Source: Myxococcota bacterium (lineage in GTDB: Bacteria; Myxococcota_A; SURF-8; G963663525). Taken from it: a stretch of 64,000 nucleotides of DNA. Shown piece by piece: positions 31,186 through 39,380 of this stretch. The notes below the pieces were generated by a model. The model was given only the letters and a program-made list of their open reading frames with translations, was not told where the DNA came from and ran no database searches. Each line of letters begins with the position of its first letter. Position 1 is the first letter of the stretch. The DNA is taken from NCBI GenBank assembly GCA_963676915.2, contig CAXXVK010000060.1, positions 128,001 to 192,000 of the forward strand. The letters are read 5' to 3'. The position numbers were made by a program, and so were the translations under genes.

Positions 31186-31241
31186 GAGGCCGTTTTCGCC
31201 ACACTATTTTGCAAGAAGCGTCTCGGAAGGGTAAATTTCTT

Positions 31242-31254
31242 TAACCTGTTGATA
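31242..31254 (-). promoter_or_regulatory. Possible IHF binding site
   Basis: Reverse complement TATCAACAGGTTA matches WATCAANNNNTTR exactly; intergenic. Confidence 0.35.
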
Positions 31255-31415
31255 TGTAAGCTTTTTACGGATTCGTCATTGGTTTCTGGCAAAAGACTTT
31301 GACCAAGAACGTTATAGTGTTGGCGGTTTTCCCTTGACTTCGATCCGCTAGATACATAATTATTCCGTAATCGACCATGGGGAGTTTCTGGATTTCCAGG
31401 AGAAAGGTTCAGTTT

Positions 31416-31592
31416 ATGGCCTCCGAGGAACAGTACGAAATATTTAACGATTACTTCTCCGAAGACGCGATTGAAAGCCTCTTCGATAATCTTCCCCAAG
31501 AAACGTTGGATGAGCTTTTACAGGTTGTCCAGCTTGTGGACAAGAAAATGGGGATGTATAAAAAGAAAATCAAGGAGTTAGAGACGAAATAG
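31416..31592 (+). CDS. Small acidic/basic hypothetical protein (58 aa)
   Basis: AGGAGA/AAAGG upstream; helical sequence; followed by a hairpin. Confidence 0.6.
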   Translation: MASEEQYEIFNDYFSEDAIESLFDNLPQETLDELLQVVQLVDKKMGMYKKKIKELETK

Positions 31593-31613
31593 ATCGGTTG
31601 AGGATTTTCGCCT

Positions 31614-31649
31614 ACGAACCTCGTAAACGTCGTTTTGCGAGGTTCGTTT
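31614..31649 (+). terminator. Hairpin, probable terminator
   Basis: ACGAACCTCGTAAA...TTTGCGAGGTTCGT-TT. Confidence 0.55.
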
Positions 31650-31802
31650 CGTTTGGTGACCAGACGTTACGGATAGTTGAATTTCCCATGATTTTGATGA
31701 TGGTCCGATATTGTACCTTATCGGGCTTGGTGATATGCTGAATCGTTTTCTAGGAGCCGCAATCGGCGCCTTTTTTCACTCGATACGACGTGGAGGATAA
31801 CC

Positions 31803-33773
31803 ATGCCTGAACGGCAGTACACATGGAATGACCGACAATGGCAGGCGGAAGAGGGACTCAGCGCGGCGGATATTCTGGCCGCTGGAGGAATCGAACTGAC
31901 CGCCGACACCGTCGCTGCAAAATACAACGATGACCTGATCGAACTTTCCCGCACGCTCACCGAAGGCGGTAGCTTGGAACCGGTGGAACTCGACAGCGAA
32001 GACGGACTCGAAGTGATGCGCCACACGGCGGCCCACGTCATGGCGCAGGCGATTCTTCGGGTATTCCCCGAGGCGAAACTGGCTATCGGTCCTACCGTGG
32101 AAAACGGTTTCTACTACGACATCGATTTCGGCGACAAGGAGTTTTCTTCCAGCGATTTCAAGCGTATCCAGTCGGAGATGCAAAAGATCGTCAAGAAGAA
32201 ATTCCCCATCGAACGCAAAGAAGTCAGTCGGGATGAAGCCCTCGCGATGTGGGAGCCGGAAGGGGAAATCTACAAAGTCGAACTGATCCAGGATCTTCCC
32301 GAAGGCGAGACGATCAGCACCTATACCCAGGGTGAATTCACCGACCTCTGTCGCGGTCCCCACACTCCCCATACGGGTTTCGTGCGGGCGTTCAAACTGA
32401 TGAGCGTGGCCGGAGCCTATTGGCGAGGCGATGAAAAGCGCCAGCAGCTCACTCGTATTTACGGAACCGCGTGGCCGACGAAAGATGCGCTGAAAGACTA
32501 TCTCCACCGCCTGGAAGAAGCCGAGAAACGCGACCATCGTAAGCTTGCCAAGCAACTGGAATTGTTCATGATTTCCGAGGAAGCGGGCAAGGGACTTCCC
32601 CTGTGGATGCCCAACGGAACGATTATTCGGGAAGAACTCGAAAAACTGGCCAAGGAAAAAGAATTCGACTACGGATACGAGCGCGTGGCGACGCCGCACA
32701 TTACCCGGCAGGAACTGTATTTCCGTTCCGGGCATTTGCCATACTACAAGGATTCGATGTTTCCTCCGTTGTCCATGAAAGACAAGGACAAAGATGAGGA
32801 TGAAGTGTTCTATCTCAAGCCGATGAACTGCCCTCACCATCACATGATTTACGCCGCTCGTCCGCGTTCCTACCGTGAACTGCCGTTGCGGCTTTCGGAA
32901 TACGGTCAGGTGTACCGCTACGAGAAATCCGGTGAGCTGGCGGGAATTTTGCGCGTACGGGGAATGTGCATGAACGACGCTCACCTGTACGTCCGCGAAG
33001 ACCAGTTGAAAGAGGAATTCCAGCTCGTGATGCAGATGCACAAAGAGTACTACGAGCTGTTCGGCCTGAAAGACTACTACATGCGGCTTTCGCTGGGCGA
33101 CCCGGAAGACGACAAAAAATACTTCAAAGACGATGCTCTGTGGCGCAAGGCCGAAAAAATTTGTGCCGAGGCGATGGACGCGGCCGGAATGAATTACAAA
33201 ACCGTGCGCGGCGAGGCGGCGTTCTACGGTCCCAAGGTTGACGTACAATTCAAGAACGTGATGGGACGCGAGGAAACCAACGGCACGAACCAGGTCGATT
33301 TCCTGGCCGCCGAGCGTTTCAATCTGCGCTACATCGGTTCCGACGGACAAGAGCACAAACCGGTGGTACTGCATCGCGCCCCGTTGGGAACCCACGAACG
33401 CTTCATCGCTTTTCTGATCGAGCACTTCGCGGGTGCGTTCCCGCTGTGGATGAGCCCCAAACAGGTGGTGGTGATTCCCGTTGCAGCGGCGTTTGCCGAC
33501 TATGCCCACAAACTCAGCGCCGATCTGCGGGCGGCACGGATTCGCTCGGAAGTGGACGACTCGACCGAAACCCTCAACAAACGCATTCGCACGGCGATCA
33601 CTCATTGGAAGACCCCTTGCGTGCTGGTGGTCGGAGAGCGGGAAATGACTCAGGAAGCCGTCACGCTGCGCCAGTACGGTATCAAAGAGCAGAAACAGAT
33701 GCCGTACACCGAGTTCAAAGCCTGGGCCTTGGAACAAATCCGTACCCGTGCTTTACCGGATCGGGAGTTGTAA
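31803..33773 (+). CDS. thrS: Threonine--tRNA ligase
   Basis: RHTAAH, DLCRGPH, RDHRKL, KPMNCPHH, YRYEKSG, AAFYGPK, LHRAPLGTHERF. Confidence 0.98.
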   Translation: MPERQYTWNDRQWQAEEGLSAADILAAGGIELTADTVAAKYNDDLIELSRTLTEGGSLEPVELDSEDGLEVMRHTAAHVMAQAILRVFPEAKLAIGPTVENGFYYDIDFGDKEFSSSDFKRIQSEMQKIVKKKFPIERKEVSRDEALAMWEPEGEIYKVELIQDLPEGETISTYTQGEFTDLCRGPHTPHTGFVRAFKLMSVAGAYWRGDEKRQQLTRIYGTAWPTKDALKDYLHRLEEAEKRDHRKLAKQLELFMISEEAGKGLPLWMPNGTIIREELEKLAKEKEFDYGYERVATPHITRQELYFRSGHLPYYKDSMFPPLSMKDKDKDEDEVFYLKPMNCPHHHMIYAARPRSYRELPLRLSEYGQVYRYEKSGELAGILRVRGMCMNDAHLYVREDQLKEEFQLVMQMHKEYYELFGLKDYYMRLSLGDPEDDKKYFKDDALWRKAEKICAEAMDAAGMNYKTVRGEAAFYGPKVDVQFKNVMGREETNGTNQVDFLAAERFNLRYIGSDGQEHKPVVLHRAPLGTHERFIAFLIEHFAGAFPLWMSPKQVVVIPVAAAFADYAHKLSADLRAARIRSEVDDSTETLNKRIRTAITHWKTPCVLVVGEREMTQEAVTLRQYGIKEQKQMPYTEFKAWALEQIRTRALPDREL

Positions 33774-33800
33774 CCTCTGTAAAACACGGCTAGATTTTTG

Positions 33801-33837
33801 AAGGGACAGGTTCCGGTCGGAGCTTGTCCCTTTTTTT
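33801..33837 (+). terminator. Intrinsic terminator after thrS
   Basis: AAGGGACAGGTTCC...GGAGCTTGTCCCTTTTTTT. Confidence 0.85.
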
Positions 33838-33901
33838 GTCCCATGGATTGGAGAGACATGTTACCATGCGAATAATGAACGAATTCAATCGTGGAAAGGG
33901 G

Positions 33902-34393
33902 ATGCCGATGGATAGAAAAATCAACCTTGCGGATGTATTGGATATTGCCGTTCGGATCGAGGAAGAAGGATCGCGTTTTTACAAGAAAGCAGCCGAACTG
34001 GAAACGAATGAAGACCTTTCAAAAATGTTCGAAAGGTTATCCAAAGAAGAGCTGGCGCACGCCCAGAGCTATCGACAAAAAAAAGAGCAATTGGGCGAAA
34101 CCGAGGATCTTTTTCACACCGAGCTTTCCAAAGAGATCGAGGAATTCATTCATTTTACGCTCAAAGGAGATTTTTTCGATCTGGAAGTCGGCAAACAGTA
34201 TTTTACCAAACCGCATTCCAGTGTGGAGATCATCCAAACGGCCATCGACATGGAAAACCGCAGCATTTCTTTTTACGCAGCCTTGCGACAGTCGGCAGCC
34301 AACCCGGAAACTAGGAAAATGATCAACGGCATCATGAATGAAGAACTTTTCCACGTTGTGCGTTTGGGAAAACGTTTGGAAATGCATTTATAA
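33902..34393 (+). CDS. Ferritin/rubrerythrin-like diiron protein
   Basis: AVRIEEEG..FY, EELAH, AIDMENRS..FY, EELFH. Confidence 0.88.
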   Translation: MPMDRKINLADVLDIAVRIEEEGSRFYKKAAELETNEDLSKMFERLSKEELAHAQSYRQKKEQLGETEDLFHTELSKEIEEFIHFTLKGDFFDLEVGKQYFTKPHSSVEIIQTAIDMENRSISFYAALRQSAANPETRKMINGIMNEELFHVVRLGKRLEMHL

Positions 34394-34588
34394 GGCGAAT
34401 CCGTCGGTCCGTTGGGTAAAATTGCCCAACCTCCGAATTTTTCCCAGCATTTGCATTCTTACCCTGAAAACATCTTCCGAAGGAAACCTTCTTGCTCCGT
34501 TCGGCGGGAATGTGCTAGGTTGAGCAAGACTATACCCTGAGATGCCATTTTCACGGCCTCGCCCACCACGATCCGAGGAGGTTCGTCG

Positions 34589-35860
34589 ATGCTTTGCCGC
34601 TTGCTTCCAATTCTACTTGCCATTGTGTGTTTATCCTCGACGGCGTGGGCCGATACCGCCAAAAAGCCCCAACCGAAAGTTCTTTCGGATGAACTCTCGC
34701 TGCTCTGGATCGTCGAAGAACGTATCGATGACGAAAAGACCGATCTGGAACTGCTTCAGCACGCCATGCAAGCAGATTTGTACAAGATCGGTCTGCGGGC
34801 GATCAAGGGAACCAAGGCCAAGGCGCTGGCCAAACCCTGCGACATCGAAGCGATGATGAAAGACGAATTCTGCGCGTCGATCGGAGCGACCGACGCGGAT
34901 ATCGTTTTCGTCGCCACCGTGGATTCCAAAGCCAAGGTCAAAGACAAACGAAAACGCAAAAAAGCCAAAAAGATGGGCTATCAGGTGAAAGTTCAGTTGA
35001 AAATGTTCCGCGTGGACGAACAGCGGTACTATGGATCTCTCACCCAGTCTTCCTATGCCACGGCAGGAACCGCCAACCTGGCCACCCAGGAAGCTCTGAA
35101 AAAAATCGTCAATCCCATGACCATGCTGATTTCCATCAAAACCCACGCCACGATGTCCAAGGAAAATGTGGCGCAGATTTACGTTTCGGGATTGCCGTCG
35201 GCCGATCAATACAACAACATGTTGTTGCATTTCCCGCTGATCGACGTCGTTTCCGAAGCGCGGGTGCGTAATCTCGATCCAGAAAAAGGACAGGTCAGCG
35301 TCGTGTTCTCGGGAACCACCGTGGCAGGGCTTTCGCGTTCGATCAACAAATCCTACGGTGTCGGCCTGAAAACCACCGTGACCGGGCCGATGAAACTGGA
35401 CGCGACGTATTCGCCCTCGCACGCTTTCGCTATGCTATCGCATGTCTATGAAATCAAAGACAATAGCGGCGGACAGCGCACCGGAGACGCCGCCAAATTG
35501 AAGGTGGCGACCGCCAAACAGATCGATGCGCTCTGGCGCTACTCCAAAGTAGCCGATACGGGAACCGATACCTATTCTCCTCGCTATGCAACCCGTTTTT
35601 ACAACGACTATGGCGGAGAGTTGATCATCACCGGTAGCATCACCCGCACGGCGGACGTCTATTTTCTCGAACTGGTGGCCAAGCATCACAAGGCCGGAGA
35701 AATCGCCCGCGTGAAAAAGTCCGATCCGGGAAATATCGACGACTGGGCGAGGCTTGCGGTGATCGATCTCGGAAACGAAATCCTGCGTGGCCTCGACAGG
35801 AAAACCAACCGGTTGCCCTCCGACGAGAGGGAACAGTACCGAGCCTACCGCAATCAATGA
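34589..35860 (+). CDS. Secreted hypothetical protein
   Basis: GAGGAGG RBS; signal peptide ending AWA; 423-aa ORF. Confidence 0.75.
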   Translation: MLCRLLPILLAIVCLSSTAWADTAKKPQPKVLSDELSLLWIVEERIDDEKTDLELLQHAMQADLYKIGLRAIKGTKAKALAKPCDIEAMMKDEFCASIGATDADIVFVATVDSKAKVKDKRKRKKAKKMGYQVKVQLKMFRVDEQRYYGSLTQSSYATAGTANLATQEALKKIVNPMTMLISIKTHATMSKENVAQIYVSGLPSADQYNNMLLHFPLIDVVSEARVRNLDPEKGQVSVVFSGTTVAGLSRSINKSYGVGLKTTVTGPMKLDATYSPSHAFAMLSHVYEIKDNSGGQRTGDAAKLKVATAKQIDALWRYSKVADTGTDTYSPRYATRFYNDYGGELIITGSITRTADVYFLELVAKHHKAGEIARVKKSDPGNIDDWARLAVIDLGNEILRGLDRKTNRLPSDEREQYRAYRNQ

Positions 35861-35864
35861 TGAT

Positions 35865-35898
35865 ACGGCTCATTCCCGATAAGGAATGAGCCGTTTTT
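35865..35898 (+). terminator. Intrinsic terminator
   Basis: ACGGCTCATTCC-CGATAA-GGAATGAGCCGTTTTT. Confidence 0.85.
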
Positions 35899-36243
35899 CG
35901 TTTGTTTTCAACAAAGTGGTGAACGATGAGGGACCAAGGCAGCGGTGTCCTTTTGTTGCACTTTAATAACAAAAGACTATTTCCAGATATGTAAAATGTT
36001 GACAAGCTCTTTTTTTTCGTTCTATTTTAAATCATTAAATATTATTATAAAGAAGATGTTTTAAACTGGTCATTGGATGAAGCGACTGGATATTAATAGG
36101 AAAATCATCGGGTGACGTTTATGACGGGGGGATAAAAATAGTTTGTTTTCAATTTTCTTCGTTGGGTGTGGCGTAGGACGGACCTAAGGGTGTATAATTG
36201 TGTGAGGAACCGGGAATAAGGTTCAGGTAGGAAAGAGGTCATC

Positions 36244-38181
36244 GTGACCAACCTTTTGCTGATCGACAACCAGAAAGACTTCGTTCGTGCCTGGCTGGAA
36301 ACCGTGAATTCCTTGTGGCCGGATGGAATGCACCGTTGGGTTACCGATACCTCGACCCTCGGAAACGATTCTGTGGATTTCGTTTTCGTTTCGTTGCAAA
36401 CCATCCCGAGTGAATCCGCTGTGGAATTCGCCAACTGGAGGGTTACGATTCCCGCCGATGCCCGCCTGCTTTTCATCGATGACGACGACAACCCTTGCTA
36501 TGCAAAACGAACGTTTTTACATCCGTGGCCGGCATTACCGCGAAAGCAGGTATTGGGTTCTATAGAGCACATTCTCGCTTTTAACCTTTTCGGATGTACG
36601 CAAAAAACGGTGGAAAAGGCACCGAGCGAAAAGATTTCCTCCGTTGCGGAAATCGGGGCCGACCTCTTCGATCGCATCCCCTTGGGACTCCGCGTACGCA
36701 ACCGCTATGGCGAAGCGGTCTACAAAAACGCCATGTTTTCCCAGCTCATCAAGGATAAAATCGCATCGGACAATCTCCGGTACATGATTTTCATCAATGG
36801 AAAAACCACGCAAGAGGTTTCCGAGCGGGAACTTGTGGAAATGGTGTTGCAAAACAGCCAGAGTAGCAAGCCGTTTCTTGCTCGAACATCCATGGATTCG
36901 ACGATCTACCAGATAGCATTCACGTCGGTCCAGGAAGGTATAAAAGGCAAGCTATGGATCGTCGAGATCTGGCGGGATATTACGGAAGAGGTGAATATCC
37001 AGAAGAGCCTGATCAATGCGCAGAAAATGGAAGCCGTCGGGAGCCTTGCCGGAGGCATCGCACATGATTTCAATAACTTGCTGGCCGGGATCATGGGCTA
37101 TGCCGACCTGATCAAGATGCTGGCCAAGGGAACGCCTGCTGCCCGGTATGCCGAGACCATCAGCAAAACGAGTGCGAAGGCTTCGGATCTGACGCAACAG
37201 TTGGTCGCTTTGACCGAACGGCGCGAACAAAGCCCGAAACCCATGAACATGGGAACGGTGGTCAAAAACGCTACAAAATTGATCAAAGCCGGTCTGCCTC
37301 CAACCGGAGGGTTCGAAGTATCGGATTATACCTCGCACGAGAGCGGACGAATTATCGGTATTCCCCAGCAGATTCAACAACTTCTGGTGTCGTTTTCAAA
37401 AGCGGTGAAAGACAGTCTGGAACAGGCCAAGTTGTCGTTGGATTGCCGAGATTATCGCCTCGATTCTTCCAGCGAATGGGTGAGGAAAAAGAATATCGAT
37501 CCGGGTTTGTACATCGGAGTGTTTATCAAGGTCGAAGGAGATTTGACGGATTTTACACTTTTCGAGCAGTTCAGACGTCTGGTGGAGGGCAAAAAGAAGG
37601 ATTTCGAAGTTTCCGGGGTCAGTCTGCAAGTTGCCGCCAACATCGTACAAGCCCATCAATGCCGCGTGTTGATCGAAAAAAAGGGAACCTCTGCTCAGCG
37701 TTTGGTTTTACTGTTTCCGAAACAGGACAAAACCATCGAAATCGATTCTACGGATGCCATCCAGATGGACCATCCCTGGTGCATTCTCGCGGTCGATGAC
37801 GAGGAAATCATTCGTCGTATGCTTGGCGTCGGTTTGGGACGCTTCGGCTACGAAGTCGAAACCGCCGAATCGGGAATGGAAGCTCTGGAAATCCTCAAGG
37901 ATCGACCGGAGGATTTCGACCTGATCCTGCTCGATATGCTCATGCCGGGATGGACCGGAGCGAAAACGTTTTACAAAATAAAAGAGGTTCTGCGAGATCC
38001 CCAAATCATCATCTTTTCCGGTATGGCCGATCCGGGGGATGTCAAAGATCTTTTACGCGACGGTGCTTTGGATTACATCCAGAAACCGATTCGGTTGCCG
38101 GTTCTGGCGCAACGTCTCAATGAATTCTTTGCTCAATCCCGAAAAGGTTCGGCCGCACCGATGCCTCGTGTCGGAAGCTGA
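36244..38181 (+). CDS. Hybrid sensor kinase-like protein (PAS-like, HisKA, degenerate HATPase, receiver)
   Basis: AQKMEAVGSLAGGIAHDFNNLL; receiver AVDDE, LLDMLMPG, DYIQKP. Confidence 0.88.
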   Translation: MTNLLLIDNQKDFVRAWLETVNSLWPDGMHRWVTDTSTLGNDSVDFVFVSLQTIPSESAVEFANWRVTIPADARLLFIDDDDNPCYAKRTFLHPWPALPRKQVLGSIEHILAFNLFGCTQKTVEKAPSEKISSVAEIGADLFDRIPLGLRVRNRYGEAVYKNAMFSQLIKDKIASDNLRYMIFINGKTTQEVSERELVEMVLQNSQSSKPFLARTSMDSTIYQIAFTSVQEGIKGKLWIVEIWRDITEEVNIQKSLINAQKMEAVGSLAGGIAHDFNNLLAGIMGYADLIKMLAKGTPAARYAETISKTSAKASDLTQQLVALTERREQSPKPMNMGTVVKNATKLIKAGLPPTGGFEVSDYTSHESGRIIGIPQQIQQLLVSFSKAVKDSLEQAKLSLDCRDYRLDSSSEWVRKKNIDPGLYIGVFIKVEGDLTDFTLFEQFRRLVEGKKKDFEVSGVSLQVAANIVQAHQCRVLIEKKGTSAQRLVLLFPKQDKTIEIDSTDAIQMDHPWCILAVDDEEIIRRMLGVGLGRFGYEVETAESGMEALEILKDRPEDFDLILLDMLMPGWTGAKTFYKIKEVLRDPQIIIFSGMADPGDVKDLLRDGALDYIQKPIRLPVLAQRLNEFFAQSRKGSAAPMPRVGS

Positions 38182-38200
38182 TTTTTCATGGATTGAAAAA

Positions 38201-38749
38201 TTACTCGTCCGCCAGCGGATATCCGGCTTCTACCCAGGCTTCCAGACCGCCATCGAGACAGGCTACATGCGTGTATCCGGCGGCAACCAGCGTATCGCAG
38301 GCACCAACCGACATCAGCCCCCGATAACAGTACAGCACTGTTTTACGGTCTTTGTCGTCACCGATGTAGGCCATGACCGCATCCATATCGGTATGGGCGA
38401 TGTGGGTGTCGGTATCGGGGAGTTGACCTTCGTCTCCGTGATACACGTTGATCAGCAGGAAGTCTTTGGTTTCCAACATTTCGTGGAGTTTTTCCGGCGA
38501 AACGGTCCAGACCTGCCCGACGTTTTCCCACACGGTTTGATCCGAACCCCCGGTACCTTCCTCGGTCGCTTCGGTTTCCTCATCCGAATCCGACGCAAGC
38601 TCGGTGTCGTCCGTATCGGCGGACATACCGATTTCCTCGTCACCGGCGGGTGGGTTGTCGCTTTCCTTACAGCCTGATGGAAGCAGCGCCACGAAGAAAA
38701 TCAAAACGAAAAGTGCTAAATTTTTCCAGCAGATACGAAGGTTGTTCAC
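38201..38749 (-). CDS. Rhodanese-domain lipoprotein
   Basis: Lipobox LPSGC; VLYCYRG; LDGGLEAW..AGYP. Confidence 0.85.
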   Translation of the reverse strand: MNNLRICWKNLALFVLIFFVALLPSGCKESDNPPAGDEEIGMSADTDDTELASDSDEETEATEEGTGGSDQTVWENVGQVWTVSPEKLHEMLETKDFLLINVYHGDEGQLPDTDTHIAHTDMDAVMAYIGDDKDRKTVLYCYRGLMSVGACDTLVAAGYTHVACLDGGLEAWVEAGYPLADE

Positions 38750-38760
38750 AGCGCTATCAC

Positions 38761-39318
38761 CTATAGTTTTCCCCGAAACAGTTCACGGATGCAGATTTTG
38801 CCGTAATCCCATAGCAATCGGAACATACTACGAAAATCGAGATTACTGAAAATATTGTCGAAGGTTCCCATCGGCAGCATTAAAGGAATGATGCCACGGC
38901 TGTATTCCAGCATCCAGGCTTGATCCGGCACCCGGTAGCCTTTGGCGCGCCCTCTAGCAAGATGAGCGCGATCTCCCGGAAGCGAAACGGTCCGCGTCGT
39001 TTCACCTTCGTAGTAGGTCCACATTTCGCCGTCCAACATCCAGTCGTAGACATCCGCCGGGTAGCGACCCGAATGTCCCTCGGTGCCGATGGGCGTACCG
39101 AAGAGAATCACGTACTCGGTCAAGGAACCGTACAGCAGTTTGAGTGTTCCCATGGCTCCGCAGGCGTTGTTGAACACCCAGTCGAATTCACGGGTGATGC
39201 GACCGGGATACCGTTTCTCCAGTTCGCTGATGACGGTTTCGAACATCTCGTCCTGCGGTTTTCCTTTGGCGAGATCGACAATTTCCTGCAACTCGGCGAG
39301 ATCGAAAAGAGTGGTCAT
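38761..39318 (-). CDS. ERG2 / sigma-1 receptor-like protein
   Basis: WVFNNACGAMG, LLYGSLTEYVILFGTPIGTEGHSGRY, WMLEYSRG.IP. Confidence 0.88.
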   Translation of the reverse strand: MTTLFDLAELQEIVDLAKGKPQDEMFETVISELEKRYPGRITREFDWVFNNACGAMGTLKLLYGSLTEYVILFGTPIGTEGHSGRYPADVYDWMLDGEMWTYYEGETTRTVSLPGDRAHLARGRAKGYRVPDQAWMLEYSRGIIPLMLPMGTFDNIFSNLDFRSMFRLLWDYGKICIRELFRGKL

Positions 39319-39380
39319 GAAAATCCTCTATGGAAAATAAGAATAAATCGGTCGAACGTGTGACAAAACGTGAAAAAAGA

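Noticed and set aside
31776-33737. 653-aa minus-strand ORF
   Set aside because: Antisense shadow of thrS. The same applies to 1963-2940, 28405-29595, 40623-41651, 46617-47540 and 49680-50858
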